Shown here: piece by piece, positions 21,334 through 35,686 of the stretch
How positions within the stretch are numbered: the stretch's first letter is position 1
Layout of the letters: each line of letters opens with the position of its first letter
NCBI GenBank assembly: GCA_964470665.1
Contig: CAYYDS010000002.1
Coordinates: forward strand, 1-37,879
Origin: an uncultured Lentimicrobiaceae bacterium
GTDB lineage: Bacteria > Bacteroidota > Bacteroidia > Bacteroidales > F082
Length of the DNA: 37,879 nucleotides
Direction: 5' to 3'
Made by a program: the position numbers and the translations under genes
The notes under the pieces: model-generated
What the model saw: only the letters and a program-made list of their open reading frames with translations
Told to the model about the DNA's origin: nothing
Databases searched by the model: none

Positions 21334-24300
21334 ATGGCACACATACGAAAATACCAAGAAGGGAACAAATTAAAAAAATATACCGAACAAGATATTACAT
21401 CACATTTGAAAGGATTAGAACCAGGTAATTTTTCAGATGTTTTACAATATGCTTTAGTAAATACTACATTAAATGATCAATTTAAGAGTAATATTACTGC
21501 TGGTAAATTAACAGATGGAACATATAAATTAATAAATGATTATATATCTGCTAAAGGATATAAAGGTATCAATTTAAGTGAAATAGGTAGAGAATTACTT
21601 AAATTTGAAGAAGATTATGGTGCTTATCCAGAAGAGCCAAAACCCGTTGTTCCTACTAAAAAGGAAGCGTTCAGTTTTATGACAGAGTTATCTAAATTAT
21701 TAAGTGGTTTAGTTTCTGATAAAACTTTTGATATATCCCAAGAAAATCATCATAAAGCATATTGGGCTAATCCAAATGCAGGAGCATCTTATATAGCGAG
21801 TGTTCTTAAAGATTCATTAAATGATAAAAATTATTTTAATAATCTTTATGAACAATATGATTTTTCTAATACTTCTATTAAAAGTGCTGATGATTTAAAA
21901 ACACGATATTCTAATCTTATAGCAGAATTAGAAAACGGATATGATCCTAAAACAACAAATAGTGATATTTCAGCTATTGCTAAATTAACAACAGATGGTA
22001 CATTTTTACGATTATTGGATAACTCTATTAACTCAGATAGAACTACAACCACAACTACTAATCCAGAAAGTACAACTACTCAAAGAGACGCTTTATCACA
22101 ACTTACTATACCTACCGTAAAAATAGGGGATACAGAAGTACCTATAAGTCGGGCTTGACCAGAACACCGAACTTCATTATTAGCTAGTAATTATGCAACA
22201 TATACTCCTTTTACTACTCCTAACTTAGCTTTATTGGGAATGGAAGGATTACCAGAACATTTTAGAATAGGAGATGTTAGTGAAAGATTTATACCAAAAG
22301 GTGAAAAAAAAGATGTTTCTATTCTTAGTATATTAGATGAAGCAACAGGTAAAGAAAGATACATTATAGGAAAAGGTAATGATCTTTCTCAGTATAAACC
22401 ATTTAATCCAATAAAAAGTACAATCGATCAAAATAAATTAGTATTTGATGACATAGAATATAGTTATGATCCAACTAAATCAGTAATTGGTATTCCAGAT
22501 TTATATGAATATAACTTGGATAAAGTATCTACTTGATTAGATAACGCTAAACTTTCAGAAAATTATATAGATATGTTAGCAAGTAAAGCTAAACTATTGA
22601 ATGAAGGACATAATCAGTTTTTAGAAGCACTAAATAACAGTGTATTAGAAAGAACAAGACTGGGTACTAATCAAAATGGTTGAGCTAAATTAAGAACACC
22701 AAATCAAGGTATATTGTTTCATCAAACAAAAGACGGTACTAAATTACCTTGAGTGATAAATAATGTAAATAATAAATGAACATTAAATCCTTTTACTTCT
22801 CCATTTACGTCTAATTCTTCAACAAACAATCTATCTCAAAACGCTCTTTATTTTCTAGCAACCTATCAAGTAGGTGGAAAATTTAATAAAGGTGCTCTTT
22901 CTCCAATTCAAAAAGGTAAAGTAAAACAAGAAGATGAAGACGCAGCAACAAAAGCAATGTATTCAATAGGAGATAAAAGAAAAACCATGTCTATTACTGG
23001 AAAAGATGTATCTAAAGAAGGTGGTATTGAAAAAATGGGAGGAGATATATCTGATTATGATAGAGCTAGATGAAGGGCTACATTATTAGATATTTTATCT
23101 ATGGGAATAGCTCTTGCTCCAGCACCAGGAATGGGAATAGCAGGAGGTGCTATTGGAGCAGTAGGCAGTGTTGGTCATTTTATAGCGGATCTATCTGATG
23201 GATTTCAATTAGGCGATCTTGTAAGATTTGCTTCAAATTTAGGAGCCGATGGTGTTTCGATGACAAGATTTGGAGCATTAGCTAAATTAGGAAGAATTAG
23301 AAAAGGAGTAGCTTTTATGTTACCTGGATTAAGTGCTTTAATGTTAGGTAAACAAATTACTGATCCAACACAAAGAGAAAGTTTTGGTAAAACTTTTGAA
23401 AAACTTGGTAAATTTGAATTTACAAAATTAAATACAACTGACTTAAGTAATATTAGAACAATGATGGCTGCTGTAACTACAGGTAAAGCTGTTGTTGGAG
23501 GTAGTAAAACCATACAGAAAAATCTTCAATCGAAAACAACTAAAGACTCTAGTGTTTTAAAAACTGATGTAGAATTTAAAGGAAAAGATGGAAATGTTGT
23601 TAAAAGAACGGTAGAAATAGCTAATCCTTCTAGAAGTTGAAAGGATATAAAAGGTGGTCATAGATCTGGAGAAGTTAGTACTGCAGCAAAGAGTAAAGTT
23701 AAAAGCGATCTTAAATTAGATGATGCTGATATAAGTGATTTTAAAGTTATTGATTATAGTAAAAAAGTAACAACTAATCCTAGAACTAATTGATTCTTTA
23801 GAGGACTTCAAGTTAATAAACCTGAAAAACTTAATCTTTGAGGCGCAGAAGAAATAACTCCTGAAATATATAATGAATTTTTAAACTCAAAAGAAAAATT
23901 TAACAGAAATCCTTTTAATTGAGATGATGTTGCTCTTAAATTTAAACCAGTCATAATTGATAATTTTAAGTCTGGTGGAAAAATACAATATTTACAATTA
24001 GGCGATTCATTTAACATTCCTTGAAAATTAAAATTAGGATCAAATAATAAATTATATAAAGATTTTAATTTAATTCTTAATAAAACATGAGGTTACGAAG
24101 ATGAAAAAAATAAATCTTTTAATACCTTTGTAGCAAATTGACAAAAAACACAATCACCATTATTCAGTAGTTCCATTGTTATTCCAAAAAGAGTTACTGA
24201 ATCTTCTAAATCATTAGGTCCAACAATAGGTGTCGGTAATCAATCAGTATTACCTAGACCTAAGTTTGATTGATATACAATGATTACTAATATGGGAAAT

Positions 24301-25074
24301 GCTGGTAGTAGTATAGCAGCAAGTATAAGTAATTATAATAAATTAAAAAATTATCAACCGATTCTTGATCCCATATCTTCTCCTATTGTTATGCCGAAAG
24401 CACCAGTATTACAAGATGTTACTCCTTTTAAAAATGAAATATTTTCTCAAGTACATAATATGAGATTTTCAGATCCTTCTTTATTAACAGCAACTAAATA
24501 CGAAGGAATTAAACAAGCTACTGATTTAGATATAAAAGCAAATACTGCAAATATTGAAACATTAAATAATTATAATGCTTCTTTAACAAATGCTCAAACA
24601 CTAAGTAATCAACATAGACAATCAATAGCTGCATCAAATAATGCTAAACTTAATGAACTTAGTAGAGAAAAAATGCAAGGATTAGCTGATCTTAAAACAC
24701 ATATTGTAAAAATTAATTCTGATGTTAATAAAGTAGGATTGGTTTTGAAAGAACAATATGACACAAAGAGTGATAATTATGATTATATGAAAAACTTAAT
24801 GGGAATTAATACTGAATTAACAAATAAATCTACTCGTTTAGCTGAATTAACTAATATGTCTGCTCGTAATTCTGTATTAGAAGCTGAAAAAATTAGATTA
24901 GAAAAGGAAATAGACGAGTTAACAACAGTGTTTAATCGTTTACGGTATGGGAGTCCTTGGTTATATGAGTATCATAACAGTGGATCTTATGGACGAGGTA
25001 ATCCTGATAAAACATCAGTTCGTCAAAAAGGTGGAAAATTAAATTATATACAAAAATTAAAGAGTAATGGGTAA
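21334..25074 (+). CDS. giant internal/ejected-protein-like protein (tape-measure-like or cargo-like), 1246 aa
   Basis: Track ORFs 21310, 22234, 23101 and 24280 are all frame 1 and join through about 14 TGA codons; gaps read with no TAA/TAG. Start placed at ATG 21334, downstream of the terminator. G/A-rich hydrophobic block GIALAPAPGMGIAGGAIGAVGSVGHF...FMLPGLSALMLG. TAA 25072-25074. Confidence 0.8.
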
Positions 25075-26896
25075 TTATAACTTTTTAGTTCCTTATGAAC
25101 CTATTCTTATGAATAGACCTTCGGAAAAAGGAGCTTCTCCAGAAATGAGTAATTCAATAGATAACGATAAAACTAAACTTGATAAGGTTGAAGGACTTAG
25201 TTCTGATGTTAATGGATTTACTCAAAAATGAATGCATTTAATGAATAATATGAGTCTTTCAACAGGATCGACTTCTAGGTATTTACAGTTATATAATAAA
25301 GATTTAACTATTTTAAAAAATAATAAAGAACAATATGATGAAGCATTAAAATGGAGTAAGGATAATAAAAGTTTTAATGATTTCGCTGTTACAAATAATA
25401 TGGTATTAGGGTTAGATTTGAAAGAACAAAGTCTAACCTATATACCTATTAATGATATAAGTAAAAATAGAAACAATTTAGTACAAACCGAAAACGGTTT
25501 TGTTTATTCTAGCGGAGAAAACAAATATAAATTATTAACAAACCGTGAAGCATTACGTTATAGACACGATTATGTTACGGATAATAATTTAATAGATGTT
25601 GTATTAGGTTCATCTAGTTATTCTAATATACAAACTAAACTAATAGATGTTATTGATAAATTTAAAAACAAAACAATTAAAATTGGTAAAAGCGGGGCAA
25701 CTCGTCAAAAAATAGAAGATGGTATATTACGATTAGAAGAAAGCGAATATCAGTTAACTGAAAGTTTTTTAAAACCAGGCGAAGATGGAAAAGCATTAGT
25801 TATAGAATTAAGAGAATGATTAACTCCTACTGAACAAGGATTAATGCAGTTAAGAGCAGCTGTCACAGGAAAATCATTTGAAGAAACCATTATCGAATCT
25901 GTTAATCGTTATACTTCAGAACGACACGAAAATGTTGAAAAAGATACGTTTAGAGAAAAAGGATTACCTGGTAGTAAAAGTGGTGGAGGTGGTGATGGAT
26001 TAAGTGGTTCTCAAGAATTAAATTGGTTAACAATGCTTACTGAAAACAGGGGTAAAGTAGAACCAATGTATGTATTAAACATAGGAAGTGAAAATGAAAT
26101 GATTGCTACTAATGTTAGTACTTGATCAAACCCTGTAACATTATCCAATAAACCAATTAGTAGAAGTGTTACTTTAAATAAACTAATAACTGAAACAGGA
26201 TTAAATTCAGCAGGACAAGTAAATTCTGTTTATTTTGGAGAACAACGAATGGATGAAGATGCTTGAAACAGTATTGTATTTAATGCTGCTGAAAAAATAG
26301 CTGTTGCTAGAATGATTGCAGTAGAAGAAGCAGACGGTAGTGTTCATCCTGATTTTGATTTAATGGGAAGAATAAAAGCCGCAGAAGAAGAAATAAATAA
26401 GAGAGGTGGAAACTTAAGCGATAGTGATAAAGAATCAATATACGAAGATTTTAAAGTATATAGTAATATTATTCCATCTTTACTTGATCCTGATAAAGAA
26501 ATACCTGAAGAATATACTCGATTATTTATAGTAATGAGCGGATATGGAACAGACGATGGTAATTTAGTAAGTTCTAATAATAGAAGTGTAACTAAAATTA
26601 ATCATCGAGAAGAAGGTAATTTACGTGATTTATTAACTAGAACAATTAATGATCCTAGTAATTATGCCGATAATAAGAAAGGTGGTACTAAACTAAAATC
26701 ATTCTTTTTAGGTAGAGACAATATATATAAAGGTAATATTTATATTCCTTATAGTCCTGATAGAATTACTACAGCATCAATGAGTAAAACATTAAATGAA
26801 GTTAAATGGGCATATAGTCCAGAATTAGATAGAAGTAGCGATAATATGCATAATAAAGTTACTCCACCAATAACAACTTGATCAACAACAAAATAA
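25067..26896 (+). CDS. hypothetical large protein, 609 aa
   Basis: ATG 25067 overlaps the previous gene end (ATGGGTAA). Frame 2 joins track ORFs 25232, 25844 and 26312 through 5 TGA codons. TAA 26894-26896. Confidence 0.8.
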
Positions 26897-26897
26897 T

Positions 26898-29800
26898 ATG
26901 GATAATACTTTTGAACACGATTGGTTAGCATCCAAAATACATAATGACGATAATAAAAGTGATTGACAATTAAAATTACGCACTTTCGGTATAAACAAAA
27001 ATAATATTGGTTTATTACCGAAAGATGCTTATTTGAAAATGCCACAGGTAAGAGAATTAAGTTTATTTGTAGATACTGATGGAAATTTCAATCAAAGTAA
27101 GTTTGACAAATATTATGATGTTGCTTTAAAAGAATTTAACGAATTTATTGAAGATGATACATTAGATGAAGTTTTTTCTAAAGGAATATTATTTGATTAT
27201 TATCGTTTACCTTTAGGTGAACAAAAAGTATATTTGCGACCTTCTGTTAATCCTGAATTAAAAACAAAAGGTATTGGTAGATTGTTCGGAGAAGGTGCTC
27301 CTACAAGAAGTATGCGTGAAGCTGCTCAAACTCAAAAAGTATTTAATACAGAAACAAATGATTGAGAAGATTATTCTCCTAATGATTTAGGTATAAAGTA
27401 TTTTTTCAAGCAACCTTTAATTGAAGCTAGGTGAGAAGAAACAGGAATAGAAATTACTCCTTCTGGACAACAAAAGATACATTATGCTGGTGATTGAAAA
27501 CAAAATGAAAAAGGAATGCCCTTTTATGAAACACTTGGTAATAGAGATGTTGCTAATAAAGGCATTTTACATGTTGCCGACATTTTAACAGAAGATGGAT
27601 CTAAAGCTAATAAATTTGATGTATTTGATTCAGACGATATAGATAAATCTATTGGATCTGTAGTAGCTAAATCATTATTATCTGTACTTCCTTATTTAAT
27701 ACCCTATGTTGGTAGAGTTTATGGTTTAGTACAGGCTTCTACTTTTCTAACACAAGCACTCTCTGTATTCGGTAAAGCTATTATTCCAGATGAAGAGTTA
27801 GGAATATGAAAAGCAATGAACAAAGTGGATTCTGCTGTTAGAAAGTTTGATTATTCTACATCAGATAAAGGAAGTGGTTCATTTTTTACAGTTGAATCAT
27901 TAGGTAATATGTTACCTGAAATTGTTGGTCAATTATACCAACAGAGAATGATAGCTAAGTTACCTAAATTATTAGGTATGGATAAAGCAGCAAGTAGAGA
28001 AGCTGCTGAATTTGTTAATAAAAATTCAAAAACATATCTTTCTAAGTATGGGATAACTTTAGAAGAAGCTATTAAAACCAACAAAATTGATCCGGTCTTT
28101 TTTGAAGAATATTTAACTGGTATAAATTCTGTAACAAAATTAGCTAACGAAAGATCTAGAAAACTAGCAGAAAATGGATCTAAACTATATATGGCTTTTA
28201 CTCAATCATCAGATATGTATGATACATTTAAACAAAATGGTTATAGTGATTTAGGTACGGCTGTTGGTATGATGGGAGCATTATATGGGTTTCATCGTAT
28301 CTTTGCATCAAGTTTGGGTGATGTTGCATTAAGTGGTTTAGGGTTAGACGACACTAATAAACTAGTAAAAGCTTTATCCGCTGATATGATAGCTAAAACA
28401 GGAACTAAAGAATCTTTAGAAGCTGCCGCAAAAGCTGGATCATCTAAATTCATAAAAGCTGTAAATAAATTTGGAAATACTATGCAAAAGAATTTTGTTA
28501 AAATACTTGATAACAAAGAAGGTGTTTTAGCAAATATGGTTAAAGAGTCACTTGAAGAGGTTTCTGAAGAAGCTTTACAAGATGCTATATATTTTGGTAT
28601 GGAAAAATTAGACTGAGCTTTTAAAAAATTAGGGATTACTGAAAAACAAGGTAAACAAAAGTTTTTAGAATCAAGTCCTTTCCAGCGTTATTTAGCGTCT
28701 GCTGTTGGTGGTGCTATTGGTGGTGCTATGTTTCAAGGTATTGGGAAATTAGATGATATTATTCATAATGAATATCAAAAAGTACAAACTTTTAATGAAG
28801 CATTAGATAATAATCTGTATGGTGTTTTAATGGATCACATTAGAAATAACAAAACTGATGAAATATTAGCTACTATTGATAAAGAAGTAAAAAATGGTAA
28901 AGTTGCTTCTAAAAACTTGTCTTTTGATAAAAAAACAAAAGATACATTCGATGTTACCGATGATCCAAACAAATCACAAAATAAAGTATTAGGTGATATG
29001 TTAAGGCAATATGTAACATTAATGGATGTTATTATTAATAAAGGTGGTTATAGACTATCTGATAACGATATAGTTAATAGTGCTATAGATAAAGATGCTC
29101 TTGTTGAGGCTTTATCAGTTAAGCAAGATTTCTTTGATAACTCTTCTATTAGTGAACACATAATGTCTGATTTTACTTCTAATTTAGCAAATTATACTAA
29201 GAAAAGAGCAGAAGAATTAACTTGGACCGATGAACAAAAACAAGCGAATAAAGGATTACCTTTAGAATCTGAAATTTATAAACAACAATTAGATGATTTA
29301 TTAAGTGGTTCTAAAAAAGCGGATTACTTAATAAATTTACCATATTGATTTAATCCAACAATCAATGATAAATTGTTTGCTATGAATAAAGAAGTATTAG
29401 CTTATTCAATGTATGATCGTAATTATCAACAACTGAGTGTAGTTGAAACTCAAAAAGTTGATGAAATGTTTAATTTATATTCTTCTAATAAACAAGAATT
29501 TCATAAAAAACATGGTTTAAAGTTTTATAGAAGTATGTTAGAATTATCTAAGAATTTTGTTAATTCTAACAATTATAGCGAACAATTAATTAATTTTAAA
29601 GAAGAATTTAATAAATTAACAAAAGAATATAAAACCAAAGCTGTTGAAAAATTATTAAATTTTGATACTTTTAAAACACAATTTTTAAAAAATAAAACAG
29701 AATTAGAATTTTTTAATGAAAATCCTGATATTTTTAAATATTTAACTATAAAAGGTGATGTTATACCTGACGCTGAAAAAATAGAAGCTGTTGATAAATA

Positions 29801-32800
29801 TATTAAAGCAGAAAGCAGAAACATGGATAATGCTCAAACAAACAATAATGTTTCTGACTTTATCAAAACGAAAATAAATACACATAGTGGATTATCAGTT
29901 GATACAGATAGTGTGTTATTTGAGGATGATTTATTAATAGAATATTTAAATAAAGTAAAGGAAATAGTTGATAAACACCAGTATATTGATAAAGATACTA
30001 AGGAATATTTAACATATTTAAGAGAAACATATAATTCTCATAATCCTAATTTATTAGTTGACAAAATATTAAATAAAATTGTTGATGATTTAAAACCATC
30101 TTTCAATGTAATAGATTCTTTTAATTTAACTGAAGAAGATAAAAATAAAACGATAGAATCTATAAAACAATACAAAAAAGATTTAGAAAGACTTAGTAAA
30201 TTACCTACACTGAAGCCTAATGTAGCTACAGCCTTTTTTAACATATTGCCTTCAGCTTGACATGAAGATCAAACTAGTCTTAGGAAAGTAGATCCTTTTA
30301 GTGTATTGGGTGATTTTATTGAGTTAGTAGATCAGGATCCAAATATAATAAATGATCATACTTCTCCAGACGGAATTGCTTTAAATTATTTACTTGATGA
30401 AAATAGTTGAGAAAATATTGATAGTAATTTTACAGATTTAACTCCCATAAATAAATTAAAATATTTAAAATATAAAATTGAATCTGATTGAGAAGCTCAA
30501 GTTGTTGAAAATATTAACGTGTTAGAAGGGATAAGTGTTTTATTAGAAAGTGGTGATGATGCAAAAATTCAACGAGCAACTAAGTTTATTAATGACAATA
30601 AGGATACTTGAAAAGATATTGTTGATATTGATTTAGACCCTAACGTAAACATATTAGATAATGTAAACACTCTTATAAAAGCATTTGAGTCTGAATTAAA
30701 TGATACTGAGTATGATAACACAAAAGCATTATTAACTACATATGATTTTACACCTGATTTTAAAACAAAAATAGACAGCGATATAAACAATATAGATAGA
30801 CTATTAGATATATTAGAAAAATCAAGTATTGATTATGAAGATTTTAATGAAATAAATGTATTATATAATGAAGTTAAATATGGTATTGAAAAAAATACTA
30901 TAGTAGATCCTAATAATCCCCTCGATAATATTACTAATGTTTATAAATTAAATGATATTCTTGCTGATTATTATGATACAAAAATTCAAGTTTTTAGAAA
31001 CTTAGTAAATATAAACGACTTAACAAACGCTAATAACAATATAGCGACTATATTATCTACTTACGGGATTAAAGAAGATGGTAACAATAAAAAAATATCT
31101 GATTTAAAATTAGCTGAAAAAATAAGATTTATATCTTTAAATTTACCTTCTTTATTAATAAGTAATTTTACTACTCCTAATCCTGTTGTTTTTGATAATG
31201 CTTTGTTAAAACCAAAAATGGATCAAGTAATAAACGAAACTTATGATAAATCTAAAGAAATAGTTGATATTATATCATCTATAGATAATAATGTAAGTGT
31301 AGATAGTAGTCTTTATGATTTTACAAATACTGTAACTACTAAATTATTTGGTGAAAATATTAATGAAATTATTAGTAAAGAACAACTTAAATTTTTAGAT
31401 GATCCTAACTATCAGTATGAGCCAGAAGAAGGGTTGATTGATCGATTAAGATTAATGCACGATAGTCTTTTGACAGTATCTAAAATAATGAGCTTGTTTA
31501 TTAATGATGGTCCAACTTTAGGAGAAGGTTTAAATTATGTATCTATAATGAAAAACTATTTCAAGGATTATGATATGAAATCATTAACTAGTAAAGAGTT
31601 TGAAATATATGCTACAAATACTGACGCTTTATTAAGAAAAATAAATCAACTTATTGATAACGGTAAAGGTAGAGCTGAAACAGAAATAGCGGACAATGAA
31701 ATTGTTTGAAGTAAAGGAACAAATAGTATTATAACTGCGTTTATCAAAGGAGAAACTGGAGACAAATTAAAAAATATAAAAACTATTAGCGGTGATTCTT
31801 TTATAGAATTAGTAATAAAAGAGTTTGTAAACATTGATAATATTGATAACTTGCTGAGTAATCCTGATGAAGATCATATAAAATTATTTTTTGATTTTTT
31901 AAGTGCTGTTAATAAAGTATTTTCAGAATTAGACGATACTAATAAAGAATATGTTGTTAAATCATTTGTTAATTCTAATGTAATAACAAGTGAAAAAGAT
32001 TTAATGACAACTGTTAGTACTGTTTTTAACAAAACTACAACGGCTGATGATATACACATTAATTTACTAATTCATCTGTTAATGGCATCATCAGCATATG
32101 ATATTAAAAAGTTTAATAATGAATATAAAACCGCTTTGAACAATGGTTTAAAACATACTTTATTTTTTCAACAATATTTAGCTTCTTTTGAAAATGTTGC
32201 ATTTACTATAAATAATCCAGCATTTGAACATTATTTATCTTCTGATGATGATACTCGTTCTTTTAAACCAAATAATATTTCAAAGAAAATGATGTTAACT
32301 ACTGGTGTAGCCGGAAGTGGAAAATCTACAGCTACTCCAGAAGCAACAAATGCTATTTTACAACAAATGATTGTAAAAAACACAGAAGGTAAAGATCGTA
32401 AACTAAAAGTTTGATATTCTTCTCCTTCTGATTATACCTTAACTTTAAAAAATAATGTAAAAGGTATTAATAAAACTGAAGCTGAATCTTCTAAACAAGA
32501 ACCAAATTATTTTTCAAGAACAGAACTATTTAGTAAAATTTTTGGAGAAACAATTTATAATGAAGCATTACAAGCATATGAACGAAAAGAAACTGAATTT
32601 TTAACTAAAGATCATATTACTAAATTAACAGATGTAGAATTACCTGATGTTATATTGGTAGACGAGTATACTTGATTTCATAATGATGAAATGTGAGCTT
32701 TAGAAAAATTAGGAATTACTGTACTAATGTTTGGTGATAATAAACAAGATGGATTACGAGAAAGAGACAATAATTTATATTTTCAGGGAGCTAATTTTGA

Positions 32801-35681
32801 ATCTCCAGAAATAGTATTGCGTTTACGTAGTAATAATATGGCTATGAATCAAGCCAACAAAACACTATATAATATTGTTAGAGAATATAATGAAACTGAA
32901 AATCCGCGGGAGGGAAGAAAAAAAGTATTTGAAAAATTAAAACAATTATCATTTATACATTTCTATAATGTTGATAAAACAATATTAAATGGTGTAGATG
33001 TTGTACCTAATGATTCTTCTTTACACGATAAAGCAAAATCTTTAATGAGTGGATTAAAACCAGGTGAAAAAATAACAGTTATTACAAATAAAAGAAGTGG
33101 ATGATTTGATAATTTAAGAGGTGAATTATTAACAATATTACCTCCAGAAAACACAAGAGGTGCTGAAACAGCTTATTCTATTATAGATATAGACTGACAA
33201 TTAATTAATGGTGAAGATAAATCTAATACTTTTGCGGCAAGATTATATACTTTAGTAAGTAGAGCGAAACACGGTGTTATTTTGGTTAACAATAGCCAGT
33301 ATACTTTACCTTCTAACGAAATATCATATCGTATTAGTTATGATGAAAAATTTACTACTGATGATTTAAATAAACTTAAAAATCATATGTTAAATGTAGT
33401 GTTAAAAGATGCTAAAGTAGATCCTACTAAAAAAGAAAATAAAGAAAATAAACAGCAAATTACTAAAGAAGCTAGTGAAGAAAAAAAACTTCAAAAACTA
33501 AGTAATGAAATATTAAACTTATTAAAAAAGGAAGATGCTCCAGAACAAAAAAATATAGCTACTCCAAACAGAATTGCTATTAATTTATCAAGTTTAGATA
33601 AAACTTTCATGTGTGCTAATAGTATAGATTTATATGACTTATTGAACTATAATTCAGAATCACAAGATAAATTATCTAATTTTGCAAAATTTTCTGATTT
33701 TTTCTTACAAAGTAATCCTGATAAAATTTATGATAGTTTTTTATTAAATTTTATAAAAGAAACGTTTTCGGCTGACGATATAAGTAATATTGATGAAAGT
33801 ATTATTGAATCGTGAGATGATTTTAAAAAATTATTAACTTTTAAATTAATATATGATAAGAAGTTAAATAAATATTTTTTAGCTGTTACTATTAATTTTA
33901 AGGGTATAGAGGGATTTACAACAACTAAACATTCCTGAACTATCTATTTAGGTGAACTTTATAAAGAATTATCACAGAATGATGTTAATACTAATACAAT
34001 AAAACAATATTTAAACCAAAATGGTGAATTTATAATAGATGATTATTATAATGAAAATAATAAATTTATTAGAAAAAATACTTATGGGGAAGGTAATCCA
34101 CAAGAAGTAAATGACTTTACAACAATATATTGAAGAAATAAAATTGGAGATGTTAGATTAACCCCCGGTTCTGAAGGTTTTGTAAATCATTTTTCTGGAA
34201 GAACTGTTTTATTTGTAGATAATAATTTCTGAAGAGCTGATCAAAATAAAAATATTTTAGAATATTATTTAGAAGAACTACAAAATAATCAAAAAAGTAC
34301 TGATTTAGTTAGCAAATCATCATATATGTTTATGTTAAATGAAGTTGGTATTACACCATCTGAATTTATGAAAAATTATGCGAAATCAGATAGATCTATT
34401 ATAAAAAACGTAAATATGGGAAAATTTATATTGTCCTTATATTTATTAAAACAAGATTTAGACAATGATATTATAACTTTAGATAGTAGTGAGAAAGACT
34501 TAGCTATTGAATTAATTAATAATTATTTTATTACAGATAGGAGATTACATTCATTAACGGATATAACTATTTCTAGTCGTGTTACAACACCCATTGAAAA
34601 TTCAGATTTAATAGATACTGAAAAAAGAGGAGCTTCTCTTTCTTCATCTCAACGAAATTCTTGATATTACATAGAACAAAATAAGGATAATTATAAAGAT
34701 TCAATAAAACATGTAATTAATATTTTAAACAACGGTGCTTTTAACGATGGTGATTTAAATAAATTTATTGATGACTTTTTAGGACGATTAAAGGATTTTG
34801 ATTCTATACAGTATAGAAGTAGTGTACTTTTAGCTAACGCTCCCGCTAATTCAAATTCAAACTACTTAAATTTCTTACAATTATTAACAAAAGACGATGT
34901 AATTAGTATTCTTTTAAGTAAGTTTAATATTGATAAGGATATTAAAAAACAGCGATATGATATAAAAACATTATTAGAAAATGGTGTAGTTCCAATATTT
35001 TTTAAATTAAATTCTATGTTATCAACCTATGTTGATATGTTTAATAATAATGTATATTTTAAAGAAATTGTAGAAAAAAGTTGAGAAAGATATTTTTTTC
35101 CAGGAGGATATTTTGTTACAGGGTTAAGTAAAAAAAGAACAAGTGACACACATATTAATGGGTTTTATAAAGCAACAGATGAGATTGTTAAAAATGCTAG
35201 AGTACCTGGTTTTCTTAAATATCAAAATATTTATTTAGACGGATTAGATATTGTTAAGAAAATGAACAATGGTATTGTTTCACAAACTCCTCCTTCTATT
35301 CCTACTAATACTAATAAATCTACTACTAAGTCTGTTAAATCAAAACCTCAGTTAAAAAATACTTCTCAGAAAAAGTCTAAGATTAATCAGAATATTTCTA
35401 CTATTATTCCAAGTTCTCAATCTAATTCTCAATCTTCTACTAATCTATCTACTATTCCGACTTCTACTCAACCTCCTGTTCCTGTTTCTACTTTAAATTC
35501 TTCCACAATAGAAGTTATAGACTATGATGATAAAATACAATATAATATGGATGGTGAGAATTATATTCGTGTAGGAAATAATTGAAAATATAAAAAAGGT
35601 AAAACTGTAACCGATCAATCAATTATAGATGCGTTAAATAAATATCAAGAAGAAAATAAACCAGAAGACTGTAAACCTTAA
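26898..35681 (+). CDS. giant multidomain protein, 2927 aa, with hydrophobic N-terminal third, internal SF1-helicase-like ATPase domain and S/T/P-rich C-terminal linker
   Basis: ATG 26898. Ten track ORFs (27033, 27516, 27816, 28728, 29373, 31203, 31851, 32727, 33282, 34326, 35262) are all frame 0. I read every gap codon by codon, including the 943-nt gap 30261-31202, and found only TGA (about 24 in total). TAA 35679-35681. Confidence 0.85.
32290..33290 (+). other. SF1 (RecD/Dda/alphavirus-like) helicase-type P-loop NTPase domain inside the 2927-aa ORF
   Basis: Walker A GVAGSGKST (32304-32330). Walker B ILVDEY (DE at 32661-32666). Motif III-like MFGDNKQDG (32727-32753). Motif V-like ENTRGAETAYSIIDID. 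Motif VI-like YTLVSRAKHGVILV (33246-33287). Canonical order and spacing. Confidence 0.65.
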
Positions 35682-35686
35682 ACAAT

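Noticed and set aside
30624-30638. DIDLD as the catalytic DxDxD of a crAss-type virion RNA polymerase
   Set aside because: In a protein this rich in Asp, Ile and Asn, a DxDxD is expected by chance. I could identify no surrounding double-psi beta-barrel signature by eye.
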